64,000 bases of DNA from the NCBI RefSeq assembly GCF_009914755.1, contig NC_060938.1; one strand, given 5' to 3'. The translations under genes and the position numbers were made by a program. The notes under the pieces are model-generated. The model was not told the origin of the DNA. It worked only from the letters and a program-made list of their open reading frames with translations, and ran no database searches. Source of the DNA: the human T2T-CHM13v2.0 reference genome, Homo sapiens. Shown one piece after another: positions 1-12,800 of the stretch (its first letter is position 1; each line of letters opens with the position of its first letter).

Positions 1-779
1 GTTTGAATTAAAGACAGCACCATGTTTCATCAAATCTAAGATTCTGCCAATCAATCAAAGGATGCTTCATTATTCTATGTACTACTAGGAATGAAAAAGA
101 AAGAAAAGCAAACAATCCAAACCTTAGTCAGTGAAATTATGGCAATACCATCACTTGTAAGATATATACCAATAACAGAGTTGTTAAGATGTAGGGGAAA
201 ATTGAATCTTTCAACTGATAACATACTGTAAATCTCCTCTTTAATAATCTGAGATTTTAGTTTTATACTAAACAAGCTCACAAAAAAATCAGAAAAATAA
301 ATAGTTCCAGTCCAGTAATTATGCCTTAGCAGTTAGGCAGTAATAGAAGACTAATTCCTAATATCGAATATTAATTAATATCCATTAAAGAGATAAAGAC
401 TATTTGGTTTCAAAACATATGCATATTTGAATCTTTAACTGCATTTATCTTGCTTTAGCTTATGATTTATGCACAGTATATATTTTAAAAATTAATCCAT
501 ATTTGTATTATGTAATTGGTATTATATAATTAATATTTGTATTATATAATCATCGCAAACATTGGTGAATTTAAAACAAAGATGGGCTTATTTGAAATTT
601 TTATTTCTAGGTCACTGAGAGATAATTTGAGAAAAGCCTAAGAGAAATATTTAAAACTTGGCAGTTCTAAGAATAAGGTTGGTAGCAAAAAATTGACAGA
701 ATTAACAGGATGCTTATGCATGATAAAAAGCATTTTCTCTTATCTTCAGAACAAGTCAGTAACGTTTTAAAGTGATGGC

Positions 780-906
780 CAATTTCTCTGTCTCTTTCTC
801 TGTCTCTCTCTTTCTCTCTCTTCCTTCATATAATGGTAACGAGATCAATTTCTCTGTCTCTTTCTCTCTCTCTCTCTCTCTTCCTTCATATAATCATAAT
901 GAGATC
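780..906. repeat. Tandem duplication of a ~60-66 bp CT-rich unit (2 copies)
   Basis: caatttctctgtctctttctc...ttccttcatataat(ggtaac/cataat)gagat occurs at 780-845 and 846-906. Confidence 0.9.
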
Positions 907-3535
907 TATCTGAATGGCATTAAAAATTCAATTTAAAAAGAATGCTGATTTGAGTTGGTCTCACATAGTCTTGGGTCTGTAATATGAATGGGAGTTCCGT
1001 TAGAAGTAATGAAGTCTGAGATTTTAGGCAAAAAATACATTTTATTATGTCTTTCAAGAATATTTTAAATGCTAACATTAACTTTATTCATTCCTTTGAT
1101 ACTCGATTTAGTTTTCCCTTAGGTTCTCAGTAACTTTGTTACCAGGGTCTCTGGATTTCTAGTTATTACTTTATTAGTTTTTAATAGAATGAACTTTGCC
1201 ACTGGCAATGTTAATTTAATATAAAATTTTAAGAAAATAATATGTTAGGAAATCTGCATATTAAAGCATGGGAAGTATTTCAACTTCAGTGTAGTGTTTT
1301 TCCAGATATTTTAAAGAAGTAACAAAATATAATACTTAAATGGATTTATACTCTGAGGTATTAGATAATTTTAAATTAGATAAATTTTGTTAAATTTTAA
1401 TTATTAAATATCTCATAAAAATAAGTACAAAATGTATTGAAAGGATGGTTTATTTAACAGAGAGAATTGTCCTCTTAGATTACGTATTTAAAATGCTGTG
1501 TTTTTGCTTATGGTTAGATAATCAGAAAGCTTACTTCACTTACTTAGGACCTATAGATTAGTCCAGAAGAAATCTGGACTATTCATCTATCTATGTGGAA
1601 ATGTTTTAATGTCCTTAAAAGAACATATACTAATCATATCCTTTCATCTAGTTAGACTTTTGAGTAGAAAGAAGTACAACAATGATAACTACATAGGATT
1701 AAGGAACAGGAAATATATTCATGATTTACAGTTTATCAGTAGAATAAGTAAATAAACAAATATGAACCTATTTGGAAAGAGAAATAATTACCCAGTAAAC
1801 ATTTTTAAAGAAAAATTTGGCTTGAAAGTAAATTTTATCTTACAGCAAAAAGAAAAAGATTCTGATAAAGAAAAGGAGAAAAACTAATCATGAATGGTAT
1901 TTCAAGAGAAGGAAATAAGATAGGACTGGGCAATAGTAGAGATGGCCTCAAAGAGTCCTGCTTTAAAGTTCAGAAGGGTAGAATATGAGTAGAAGTGAAG
2001 TAGAAATGGTTTTAGACATGGTAAAATCTATCCCATGGTTATCATCAGAATTTGACAGAAGGGAAAATGAAAATGAGCACTACTTTTTGTAAAGTATGTA
2101 TATGTGTGTTTGTACATGTGTATTTGCTTATGTGTATACAGAAAAATTTCCTTACAGACATTATATGGTTCCACTATAGACTTTGCAGGAAAATAGAAGA
2201 TAATTTCAATATAGACTGTAAATCTTGCTAAGAATGTGATTAGGGCTTTCAACTATTTATGTGTCCCAAACATGTGACTCTGATGAAAGGAAGCATCTTT
2301 GAACTCCTGACCTGATGGTAGAATATGGAATACCTTTTCGGGCTAAATTATTATAAACATGGTAAAACTAGTTGATGACATGGAAATAAATTTAAATTTG
2401 GATGTGAATGCTCATTTTATTATAAGTTTACACAAAATAAAGATTGAGAAGAAGCAGGTGAGTGTGATAGGTGTAAGATCAGACAATATGTATGTCCCAG
2501 GAGAAGGATTTACAGTTTTATCCTAGAGGGAAATAAAACTTACGAGTGATTGCAGTCTTGGATATTGCCTAATTTATATTTTTAAGAGATCCTTCTAAAA
2601 GCAATGGGAAAAATAGAATAAATAATATCTTGTATAATCCTCGGTAGCAATGTTCCCGCATTGCATAACAATGTACTTGGAAAGTATTTTATAGGGGCAA
2701 TAAGAAATGCATTTCTGATTCAGTGATTTTTTTCATACATCTGTTGAATATTTTGGAGGATTGGAGGGACATACTGTCTAAGCAGACTTTTAAGATGAAT
2801 TCATAGCAACGTTTTATGTATAATCAATGATTTTTGATACATTATTTGTATAAAATAAAACCTGAGAGAGGGAAATGGTCATAACTTTTTTACCTGTTAT
2901 ATCAATTTTAAAAATCTGCTCTCCTTCATATTCATGCTACAAATTATAGGCCATTTCAGATGCATCACATTTCTGGCTTTGAAGTTCATCACGATCTTTT
3001 CAAGCAGAAAAGGAATGTTTTCAATTGGCAAAGTGAGTCTAAGTGGTTTGAGAAGCTTTACAGAGAAAGATGATATGCCAGAGATGACACTTTGTGAAGT
3101 TGGCAAAATCAATGAGAAACTGGATTTTAAGACTCAGGCATTAGTTTTCAATTAGATCATTATCTTTTCTGCGCTAATCTGTCTCTAGACTTAAATTAGG
3201 ACAAATGTGAGAGGCCAATCATCTGATGAAATTGAAAATAAAACATCACATTATCTCCTTCTTTCAGTGTTGACATTATGTATATATGTGTTCCAAAACT
3301 TACCCCTACTTTATGTTACAAAAATAATGTGATATCATATATCGCATATTATCACATTTATCACATATGTAAAATTCCTTCTTTCTCTTTCCTTTTGTGT
3401 GTTTCTCTCTCTCTCTGACTCCTTCTTTCTGTCTTTTTGTGTGTCTCTGTGCGTAAAAGCAAAAACAACAAGTTATAATGATATTTAGATAACTTAAGTG
3501 TAAAGTTAAAATGAGAACATTAATCTGAGAGTTGT

Positions 3536-3934
3536 TGTGATGGTTAATATTGAGTGTCAACTTGATTGGATTGAAGGATACAAAACATTAATCCTGGGTG
3601 TCTCTGTGGGGGTGTTGCCAAAGGAGATTAACATTTGAGTCAGTGGGCTGGGGAAGGCAGACCACCCCAGCAGATTAAGGCCACCCTTAATCTGATGGGC
3701 ATAATCTAATCAGCTGTCAGAGAATATAAAGCAGGCAGAAAAACGTGAAAGGGGTGACTGGCCTAGCCTCCAGCCTACATCTTTCTCCCATGCTGGATGC
3801 TTCCTGCCCTTGAACATCAGACTCCAGGTTGTTCAGTTTTGGGACTCGGATTGGCTCTCCTTCCTCCTCAGCTTGCAGACAGCCCAATGTGGGACCTTGT
3901 GATCATGTAAATTAATACCTAATAAACTCCCCTT

Positions 3935-3966
<32 letters not shown>

Positions 3967-4011
3967 TACGTGTATCCTATTACTTCTGTCCCTCTAGAGA
4001 ACCCTAATACA
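3536..4011 (+). mobile_element. MLT2A-type LTR (HERV-L 5' LTR)
   Basis: Starts tgtgatggttaatattgagtgtcaacttgattggattgaagga; has aataaa and a (CA)n tract; ends cctctagagaaccctaataca. Confidence 0.92.
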
Positions 4012-4112
4012 GATTTACAATGATTCCATAAAGCTGGAAGTTAAGATTACCACCTGGATACTATATATATATCCTATTAGTTGTGTCCCTCTAGAGAACC
4101 TTGACTAATACA

Positions 4113-4842
4113 GATTTACAATGATTCCATTAAAATGGAAGTTAAGATTGCCTCCTGGACACTTTGGGGTCCTCCTACTAAGAAAGGAGTTATAGTATTG
4201 GCTGGGGTGATTGACCCAAACTATCACGATGAAATCTGTCAACTACTCCATAATGGCGGTAAGGAAAGAGTATGCATGGAATACAGGAGATCCATTAAGA
4301 CGTCTCAGTATTACCATGACCTGTGAGTAAGGTCAATGGGAAACTACAACAGCCTGATTCAGACAGGATTACACATGGCCCAGACCCCTCAGGAACGAAG
4401 ATTTGGGTCACTCCACCAGGAAAAAATTTACGACCTTCTGAGGTGCTTGCTGGAGGCAAAGGGAATACAAAATGGGTAGTAGAAGGTAGTCAACAGTACC
4501 AGCTATGACCACGTGACCAGCTGCAGAAACAAGGACTGTAACAGTAATGAGTATTTCCTCCTTATTTTGTTAAAAACATGTTTGTGCATGTATACACTTG
4601 TACTAAGAAAATATCTTCATTGTATTCCCTTTTCCTTTATAATGTGATGTAAGATTTATTGACTTCATGTTAGCGTTTAAGTATTGTTAACTTTATTTGG
4701 GTTGGGGATTGGTGTACTTCCAGTTGTACAAAGGATAGTTGTATTATTTTAGGTGTAATTATGACCTTATTATTGTCTTCATTTGAAGAGTATGTATGAT
4801 CTCAGGAGATGTGTATGGGTTCAAGTTGACAAGGGGTAGACT
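4113..4842 (+). mobile_element. HERV-L internal region, 3' part only (gag/pol deleted)
   Basis: dUTPase remnant, 3' untranslated region, and polypurine tract aaggggtagact (4831-4842) directly before the second LTR. Confidence 0.85.
4118..4541 (+). pseudogene. HERV-L dUTPase remnant (frameshifted)
   Basis: Translates across frameshifts as TMIPLKWKLRLPPGHFGVLL / KKGVIVLAGVIDPNYHDEICQLLHNGGKE / KVNGKLQQP...KIWVTPPGK...GKGNTKWVVEG; GVIDPNY corresponds to dUTPase motif 3; matches the remembered HERV-L dUTPase region. Confidence 0.88.
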
Positions 4843-4892
4843 TGTGATGGTTTTTACTGAGTGTCAACTTTATTGGATTGAAGGATACAAAG
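4843..4892 (+). mobile_element. MLT2A 3' LTR, first ~50 bp only
   Basis: tgtgatggtttttactgagtgtcaactttattggattgaaggatacaaag repeats the start of the 5' LTR. Confidence 0.9.
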
Positions 4893-5386
4893 CTCTGTTA
4901 CCGCTAACATACCTATCCTTTCTTTTTCAAATGCCACTTAATTTTTAAATTAGTTTTGCTAGTGAATTACCTGAATTAGCTGTTCTATCACAGAAATTTA
5001 TGGAAACATGTAAACTGTATTTTTAGGACTTCAATCATATTAGCAGAATTTGATGGCCCCTCTTCCCTGATACTTTATGATACAGCAAGTACATATGATA
5101 ATAGCCAGATTTTGAATCGTCTTTGGACCAGCTGAGATGGATAACAGAAAAGCTTTAAGAAAAACTTGAGTTAAACCCTCTATGCAATTTTTCAACAACA
5201 ATTTTAAAATACAATTAATGTAGGAAGTGAAACTTTATTTATCTTTCATGTGTTTTTTTCTCCTAATCACTCCATAAATATTATTCATGTTTTTATTGTT
5301 TACATTTAAAGTAAAAGAGCTGTTTCTTTTAATATGCTTTATATTTTAATGCATCATTTTTATACCTGTCACTGTTGTATGACCAC

Positions 5387-5470
5387 TGAGTTAATCAAGG
5401 TTCTCTAGAAGAACTAATAGGAGATATTTATATATATATATAAAGGGAAGTTTATTAAGTATTAACTTAC
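5387..5470 (-). mobile_element. MLT2A LTR terminal fragment, inverted
   Basis: Reverse complement reads gtaagttaatacttaataaacttcccttta(ta)n...cctattagttcttctagagaaccttgattaactca, matching the LTR end at 3907-4011 and 4070-4112. Confidence 0.85.
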
Positions 5471-5479
5471 TTCTTCTTC

Positions 5480-5895
5480 TATATGGACTAAGTCAAACCA
5501 CTCTCCTTTCCAGATTCCCTTGCATCTAGAAGTGGACATGTTATTGGATTTTGGCTGGTGAGATGCATGTCAAGGTCTGGGAAAGGCTTCTGAGAATGTT
5601 TTGTTTATGAAACAGGATGAATTGGGTATGCCTTGGGCCTATTGCTCTTCTTGCTGCCCCGAATACAGAAAAGATGAAAGATTCATCTTACCATCAGGAG
5701 AATAAAAGCCATGTGCTAGGGATGGTGAAGCTCAAATGAGGAAATAATTTCTTTTCCAGTAAACGTCTTTTAATATTTGAACTAACCCTGGGTTATTACC
5801 TCTAGAATTCGTGTGTGGTGAGAAAAATAAAGCCTTTGTTTAAGACATGATTAGTTTTTAGTTTGTTTTCTTTCGCTTGTGGAAAACATTCCTTA
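5480..5895 (+). mobile_element. Old MaLR LTR (MLT1H/I/J-like)
   Basis: ttcccttgcatctagaagtggacatg...ggctggtgagatg...gtgagaaaaataaagcc motifs typical of old MLT1. Confidence 0.55.
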
Positions 5896-6701
5896 TTTTT
5901 ATAATATGTAAAGGGTCTGGGGATCCCGTAATATAATTTGTACTTAAAATATTTGAGTCTACCTCTAACCTTACTCTACTGACTGGCTAACAAGAGGAAA
6001 AAAATCATAAAACAACTAATGAAAATTAGAAAATTATCTATACAGTGTAGTTAGGCTTTGAAAGAAAATAGCTTGTTACTTGGAAGAGCTGAACTAAGAG
6101 TAGCAGAAACTCTCAGGGAAATTGTTGTTGTAATACTAACCAATTTTAAAGCAGAATACTGCTGTTCCACACATTACAACAACCAATCGAGTTTTCTAAC
6201 TCATTAATAAATCACAAGCATTTTAGTAAGGAGATGAGACAGGTTTTACAACTTGCCATTTCTACTGAAATCTCATAAAATTCTTCATCAAGCAATTCAA
6301 AGTTCTCCCTTTTCAGTTCATACATCTCTCATTTTCTTCAGAGACCCTGAAAATCACCTTTCATGCCTAAGCCATTCAGGTATTACTCCCATTCTGCCAA
6401 AAATTAGCTATTGCCTATTGTTTCCAAATCATGTCCACAACTGAGGCAGGGAGGAGGGGAGTGTGTATGTAGAAGATGAGTCTCAGTTTATTCCATTACA
6501 AGTTCAACGAAATGGAAATGAAGTAAATAGGAACGATTTTAAATGCTCATTATTTAATAAAATTATACATTGTTATGACACAAGAAAAATTACTTACAGT
6601 AATTCTGTTAAATCTAATAAAACTGTTCCCTCGATGGATCACATTTTGTTATCAAAAAGCAATTTAATATTACTACATCAGGTAACTTATTAGTACACAA
6701 C

Positions 6702-7150
6702 TGTCAAAGAAAATCAGAGCTGGACAGTAGTTTAAGTGGTAAAAACAGATGTTATTCAGAACTATTGCAATAGGGGGAAAGAGATCTGTACAGAAGTGGG
6801 TCCAGCTCTAAATACAGCATAGAGACATGCAAATTGATAGCCAAGGACAGAGTGGTGATCAGTGGGTAGGAAATTACTAAGAGGAAACATCAAGTGTAAA
6901 GGGGGATATTGGCTTAATCAACCTAACAGGATTTTGCTGATGATGGGCCAGGGCGACCAGACATCGATTGGGGAATACTGGAGAATGAGGAATTCAGTGA
7001 GGTATCTAGGATGGTCACTTATGGAGGATCGGAAATTCTGGCTAAAAGACATCAGCAGAGTTTTAGCTAAAACGGTATTTCACAAGGACGTGCACAGATA
7101 GTGAGAGGGGAGCTTCAGCAGTCCAAATGAAGTTCGGTCAATCTTCGTCA
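6702..7150 (-). mobile_element. Old LTR, probably ERVL class (subfamily uncertain)
   Basis: tg...ca termini; tgtcaaagaaaatcagagctggac...ctattgcaatagggggaaagag resembles a reverse-oriented LTR 3' end. Confidence 0.5.
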
Positions 7151-7280
7151 GAATTTAGCAACAAAAGATGCAGACAGTAAAATAAAATTACCCAAGCCTA
7201 TACTTCCTTTAAATTATAAGTATGTGGGTACAGGAAAATAAAAAAAAATTAAAATTCAAAGGTTTTAAAACTTAAAGCCG

Positions 7281-7383
7281 ATGCTATGCTATGTTATGCT
7301 ATGCTATGCTATGCTATGCTGTGCTGTGCTGTGCTGTGCTGTGCTGTGCCATGTCATGCCATGCTATGCTATGCTATGCTATG
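7281..7383. repeat. Compound pentanucleotide microsatellite (ATGCT)n/(GTGCT)n/(CCATG)
   Basis: Direct reading of ~20 five-base units. Confidence 0.97.
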
Positions 7384-8159
7384 TAAATGAGCGAGGTTAT
7401 GGACAGCTGCAGCACCAGTGTGTATATTTAGGTCTGATTTTAAAGAGATATCCTAATCCTCTGTAATGACATTTTTAAAAAAAACAATTATGTATATATG
7501 TTTGGATACCATCAGGTCTTTTAAGTAAAACACACACTTGTCTCACTTTCTTTGTGTCTTGGGCTTAAATATTTATTTATTTTTATTTCTGTTTGACTTT
7601 TTCCATCTTTGAGAATGAAGTATAATATTATCAGTCGGTTCACTGATAGAGAGTCTTGAATGAAAATCGATTGATTCTTGCAATTAGAGAAGGGGTTTGT
7701 TTTTTATTACTGTTCCCAGAACAGAACTCCCTATTTTGTGACACCGACCACAATGGAAATCCTTGCTCTTATTTTTGGAGGGGCTTTTGTTGAAACTTGG
7801 CAGGGGAATAGGCTGCAAACAAAGATGCGCTTCTCTGTGTGTCAGTGGCAGTTTCACTTCTGCATCTTCACATATAAGCAGATCCTATTGAAAAGCCACT
7901 CAGAGAATATTCACTGTAGAGCTTTTCTTGCTTCTAAAATGTGTACGCTAAGCCATAGAAATGCACTTCTGCTTTGGCGCTTACATTTATAGAACATTTT
8001 CATCAGGAATCTGTATCTCTACTTTCCTTCAGATGAAACAAGGGGGTTCAAGATATTATTTACTTTGTTCTTTACTACTTAGAAAATTGCTAAATGATAG
8101 AAATGATCAAATTTTAAAAACTAAGGGAGATAGGAAACTAAGAAAATTTCTTGTAAAGC

Positions 8160-8345
8160 TTTTCCAATGTGTCAGGCACATGCTTGGTAAACTACATATA
8201 TCATCTCATTTAATCCCCGAAATAAATATCTAAGGTTCGACGAATAACACCACTTTTACATGATAAAATTGAAGCTGAGGAGAATTAAGCAATTTTGTGC
8301 AGGATCAATGGCTATCAAATTACAAAGCTGGGATTCAAACCTCCA
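8160..8345 (-). mobile_element. MIR SINE
   Basis: atctcatttaatcc...ccacttttaca...gaagctgaggagaattaagcaatttt...gctgggattcaaacc is the reverse MIR core. Confidence 0.75.
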
Positions 8346-8759
8346 CTTGTTTTATTCTGAAATCACTCATCCACTGTGTGTTGTGATGTGGAATGGAAGC
8401 CAGAGGCAGGAGAGGGCTAATGGTTAATTGTGTCTCTCTGAGCCCTAGAAATTCTAGGAAGCTGGGTAATAGCAAAATAGTTTATTTACATTTCATATAT
8501 TTAACTCTTATGAAATATTTGGTCTTAAGAAAATACTCTTCTACAAAATTAAATGTAAAATTTGTCACTGTAACATATGTACCAATTTTTTTTTTAAAAA
8601 AAGAGAAAAGAATACATAGCTGTAAAGAAGCTGGGTTTTATTTTTTTTACCTTTATCACAATATTCTCATTTTTCAGTATTTTTATTGTTAGTTGATTCA
8701 TTTCTTTCTCTATAACGTTTCACATATTTACAGAAATGCACCATAAAATGTGCATAAGA

Positions 8760-9540
<781 letters not shown>

Positions 9541-9688
9541 CAGTACATTTTTCTCAAGCTTTCTTCTCTAAATCATGCAGAGATTTAAATATAACAAAAA
9601 GATGAAGATGTGGGATAGAATTGTCCCTTTTATAATTGTAGATAAAATTGTATATTTATTATTTTTCACCTGTCTGGCTCAGCAGTAA

Positions 9689-10001
<313 letters not shown>

Positions 10002-10500
10002 CAATTTAGATAATCTTTAATGTTGCTAAATAAGGATTTATAATTTCCTCTTTAATCTCAGATATGTAGACATATGCATCATATTATATAGTACACATTT
10101 AAAAATTTAAAGTTTATATGTGCATGTATATTCTGTATATATATATTTGTATAGATAGATATGACAGAGAGGAAGCACATATGTACTCAATGTGTTTATT
10201 ATTGTAATTGGTAGATATTTTAAGTGTCACATTCTGTCTGTAGTTTATAATAGTGGAATTGATTTTAACATATAATTTCTATTTAGCCACTTTGCTAAAC
10301 TATTTTAATAATTCTAAAATTATTTTGTAGATTTAAAACATTTTCATATAAATGATCATATTATCTGTAAGTTTTTTTTTATTCTTCTAAAGCTTTACAC
10401 TTTTTACCATGTCTTATTGTCTGATAATTTTTAGCTGGTTTTCATGTATTTGCTAGTATAACCAATTCAATTTTCTGTACAAGTGAAGATCCATTGACAC

Positions 10501-10951
10501 TGTTATGGGTCAAATTGTGCCCCCCTCCAAATATATTGATATTCTGATCCCTGGTGCCTGCAAATGTGAATTTGTCTGAAAATGGGGTCTTTGCAGATAT
10601 AATTAAGTTAAACAAGGTCATTGGATAGGCCCTAATCCAATATGACTGGTGTCCTTATAAAAAAAGAAGACACAGAGACACAGATACAAAGGGGAGAATA
10701 CCATCTAAAGATGGAGGCAGAGATTGGAAAGATAGATCTACAGGACCAGGGACCCCAAGATTAGCTGGCAGCATTGGAAGCTAAATGAAAGGTATAACAA
10801 ATTCTCCTCTAAAGGCTTTAGAGAGAGCATGGCCTAGTTGGCAAGGACTTTTGGACTTCATGCATCCAAAACTGTGAAAGAATAAACATCTGTTGTTTCA
10901 TGGCACACAGTATGTGGGACTTTGTTATGATAGCCCAAGGAAACTAACGCA
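10501..10951 (+). mobile_element. MLT1B/C LTR
   Basis: tgttatgggtcaaattgtgcccc...ggtctttgcagatataattaagttaa...ccctaatccaatatgactggtgtccttataa...ggaaactaacgca. Confidence 0.88.
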
Positions 10952-11029
10952 TGCACCATTCAAAAAATTTCTATGGGAATATTTCTAAAACTGTACTATT
11001 AAGAGGAAAGTTTGCCTTGGCAAACATGA

Positions 11030-11470
11030 AAGTATTAATTGCTGCCAACAAGCATTATCAAAGAATACTAATTTAGTGGATTAGAAATAAGATATTTGCA
11101 AGGTCTCAAAATATCTCTTCACAGGATGTTCATAATTATGACGATAAATTGGTTAACTTTATAGTTAAAAATGTGGCAGAGGCCACCATACCCAGTGATC
11201 AAGTTAGCATCACCAGACCTTATGAGTCTCCTGACATGGTACAGTGAGAAGGACGTAGCACCACTTTTGTGGAATTTCTTCCAAAATGCACAAGAAAAAT
11301 TACAAGAAAACATCAGACCAACTGAAATCGACAAATATTGTGCAAAATAAATACTCGACTATCTTCGAAAGTTTCAAAATAATGAAAGACAAAGAGAAGC
11401 TAATAAACTGTTTCACACTGGAAAATATTAAAGAGAAATAAAAGGAAATCCAATGTGTAATCCTGGATTG
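11030..11470 (+). mobile_element. Old L1 (L1MC/ME) 3' UTR fragment
   Basis: ccagtgatcaagttagcatcacc...aaagacaaagagaagctaataaactgtttcacactgga...gtaatcctggattg. Confidence 0.6.
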
Positions 11471-11474
11471 AGTC

Positions 11475-12495
11475 ACCTTCTATTCGTAGTTTTCTAGGTT
11501 TACATTTTTTAAATCATGAATGTGTATTATAATTCCTCATTATTTACTGATGTCATAATTTTTTCTCCACTGATATTATTAACATTAATGCTCACGTTTA
11601 TAAATTTTATAATGTTAATCCACATTGGATTGAATTCAATTTTGTTGGATTAGATTTGTATCTATTATCCATGGCTGCAAATTATTAAAAATTGTATTTG
11701 GGAAATTTTTATTCATGTTTATTAATGAAATTGACCTTTAATTTTCCATCTTTATACTGTTTTTACATGGTTTTGTAACAACGTTATGCTAATCTAAAAA
11801 TAATAAAGTAAGTGCAACTTTTGCTATCCTCAGAGTTTTATATAACTGAAATTAGCTAATCTTTGAAAATCTGAGAGAACCATCTACAAATCGTTCAAGT
11901 CATAATTTTTCCTTCTTTTAACATCTTGAATTATGACAATTTGTTTAAATCTATAAGATTCTTTGGTATTTTAATTTCTTCTTCAACATACTGCAAGTTT
12001 AATTATTTAAAAAATTTCCCATTCTACTTAGGAATTCAAAATTATTGCATAAAATTATTTTATTTTTTTTTTTACAAATTTTAAATATATGCTATATTTG
12101 TAGTTAACTTCCCTTATTTATTCTGAGTAGTTTCTATACATGGTTTCTTTCTCAAAAGGTTTGTTTATTTTATTTATATTTTTCTAAGAACTTTCTCTTC
12201 TCTTTATCCTCTATTGTGACTTTATTTTCTAGCTTATTGATTTCGCATTCTGATTTATCATCCTCTTTCTTCCATTGTCTTTATGTTTATTCTCTTCTTT
12301 TTGTAATTCATACAATTTTCAGCTTTATTTTTTAAAGAAAACTTAAGGCTATGATATCTGTTGTAAGCACTGTTTTATTGCAGTTCAAAAGTTCTAGTAG
12401 AAAGAATTTCAACTACAATGTAGCTATAATTTTTAAAAAATTTTCCATTTTTTTTCCTTTGGCTCATGAGTTATTTAGAAATGTTTGTTTCATTC
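11475..12495 (-). mobile_element. Highly decayed L1M ORF2 fragment
   Basis: T-rich strand with L1-like phrases (aaatcatgaatg..., ttcatgtttattaatgaaattgacc..., catgagttatttagaaatg). Confidence 0.55.
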
Positions 12496-12496
12496 C

Positions 12497-12800
12497 TGTG
12501 ATAGCCCTTATAAGAGAGAACCAAGAGAGTCAAGGTCACAGAAGGTGATGCGCTGATGGAAGCAGAGGTTGCAGTGCTGCAGTCAGGAAGCCAAGTAACA
12601 TTGCCAGCCTCTAGAAGCTGGAAAAAGCAAGGAATAGACTCTTCCTTGGAGCACCAGTAGGAAAGCAGTTCCACTGACACCTTGACCTTAGCCCCATAAA
12701 ATTCACTTCAAACTAATAACTTCAGAGCTTTGATAGAATAAATCTTTGTTGTTTAAGCTACTTAATTGTTATTTGTTACAAAAGAAATAGAAAAGCACGT
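12497..12800 (+). mobile_element. MLT1D-like LTR, 3' part
   Basis: gatggaagcagaggttgcagtg...gcctctagaagctggaaaaagcaagga...gaataaatctttgttgtttaagc. Confidence 0.8.

Noticed and set aside
4135-4508. Functional domesticated dUTPase
   Set aside because: The N-terminal part is deleted and there are at least two frameshifts
7281-7466. Cys-rich peptide MLCYVMLCY...
   Set aside because: It is a translation of the pentamer microsatellite
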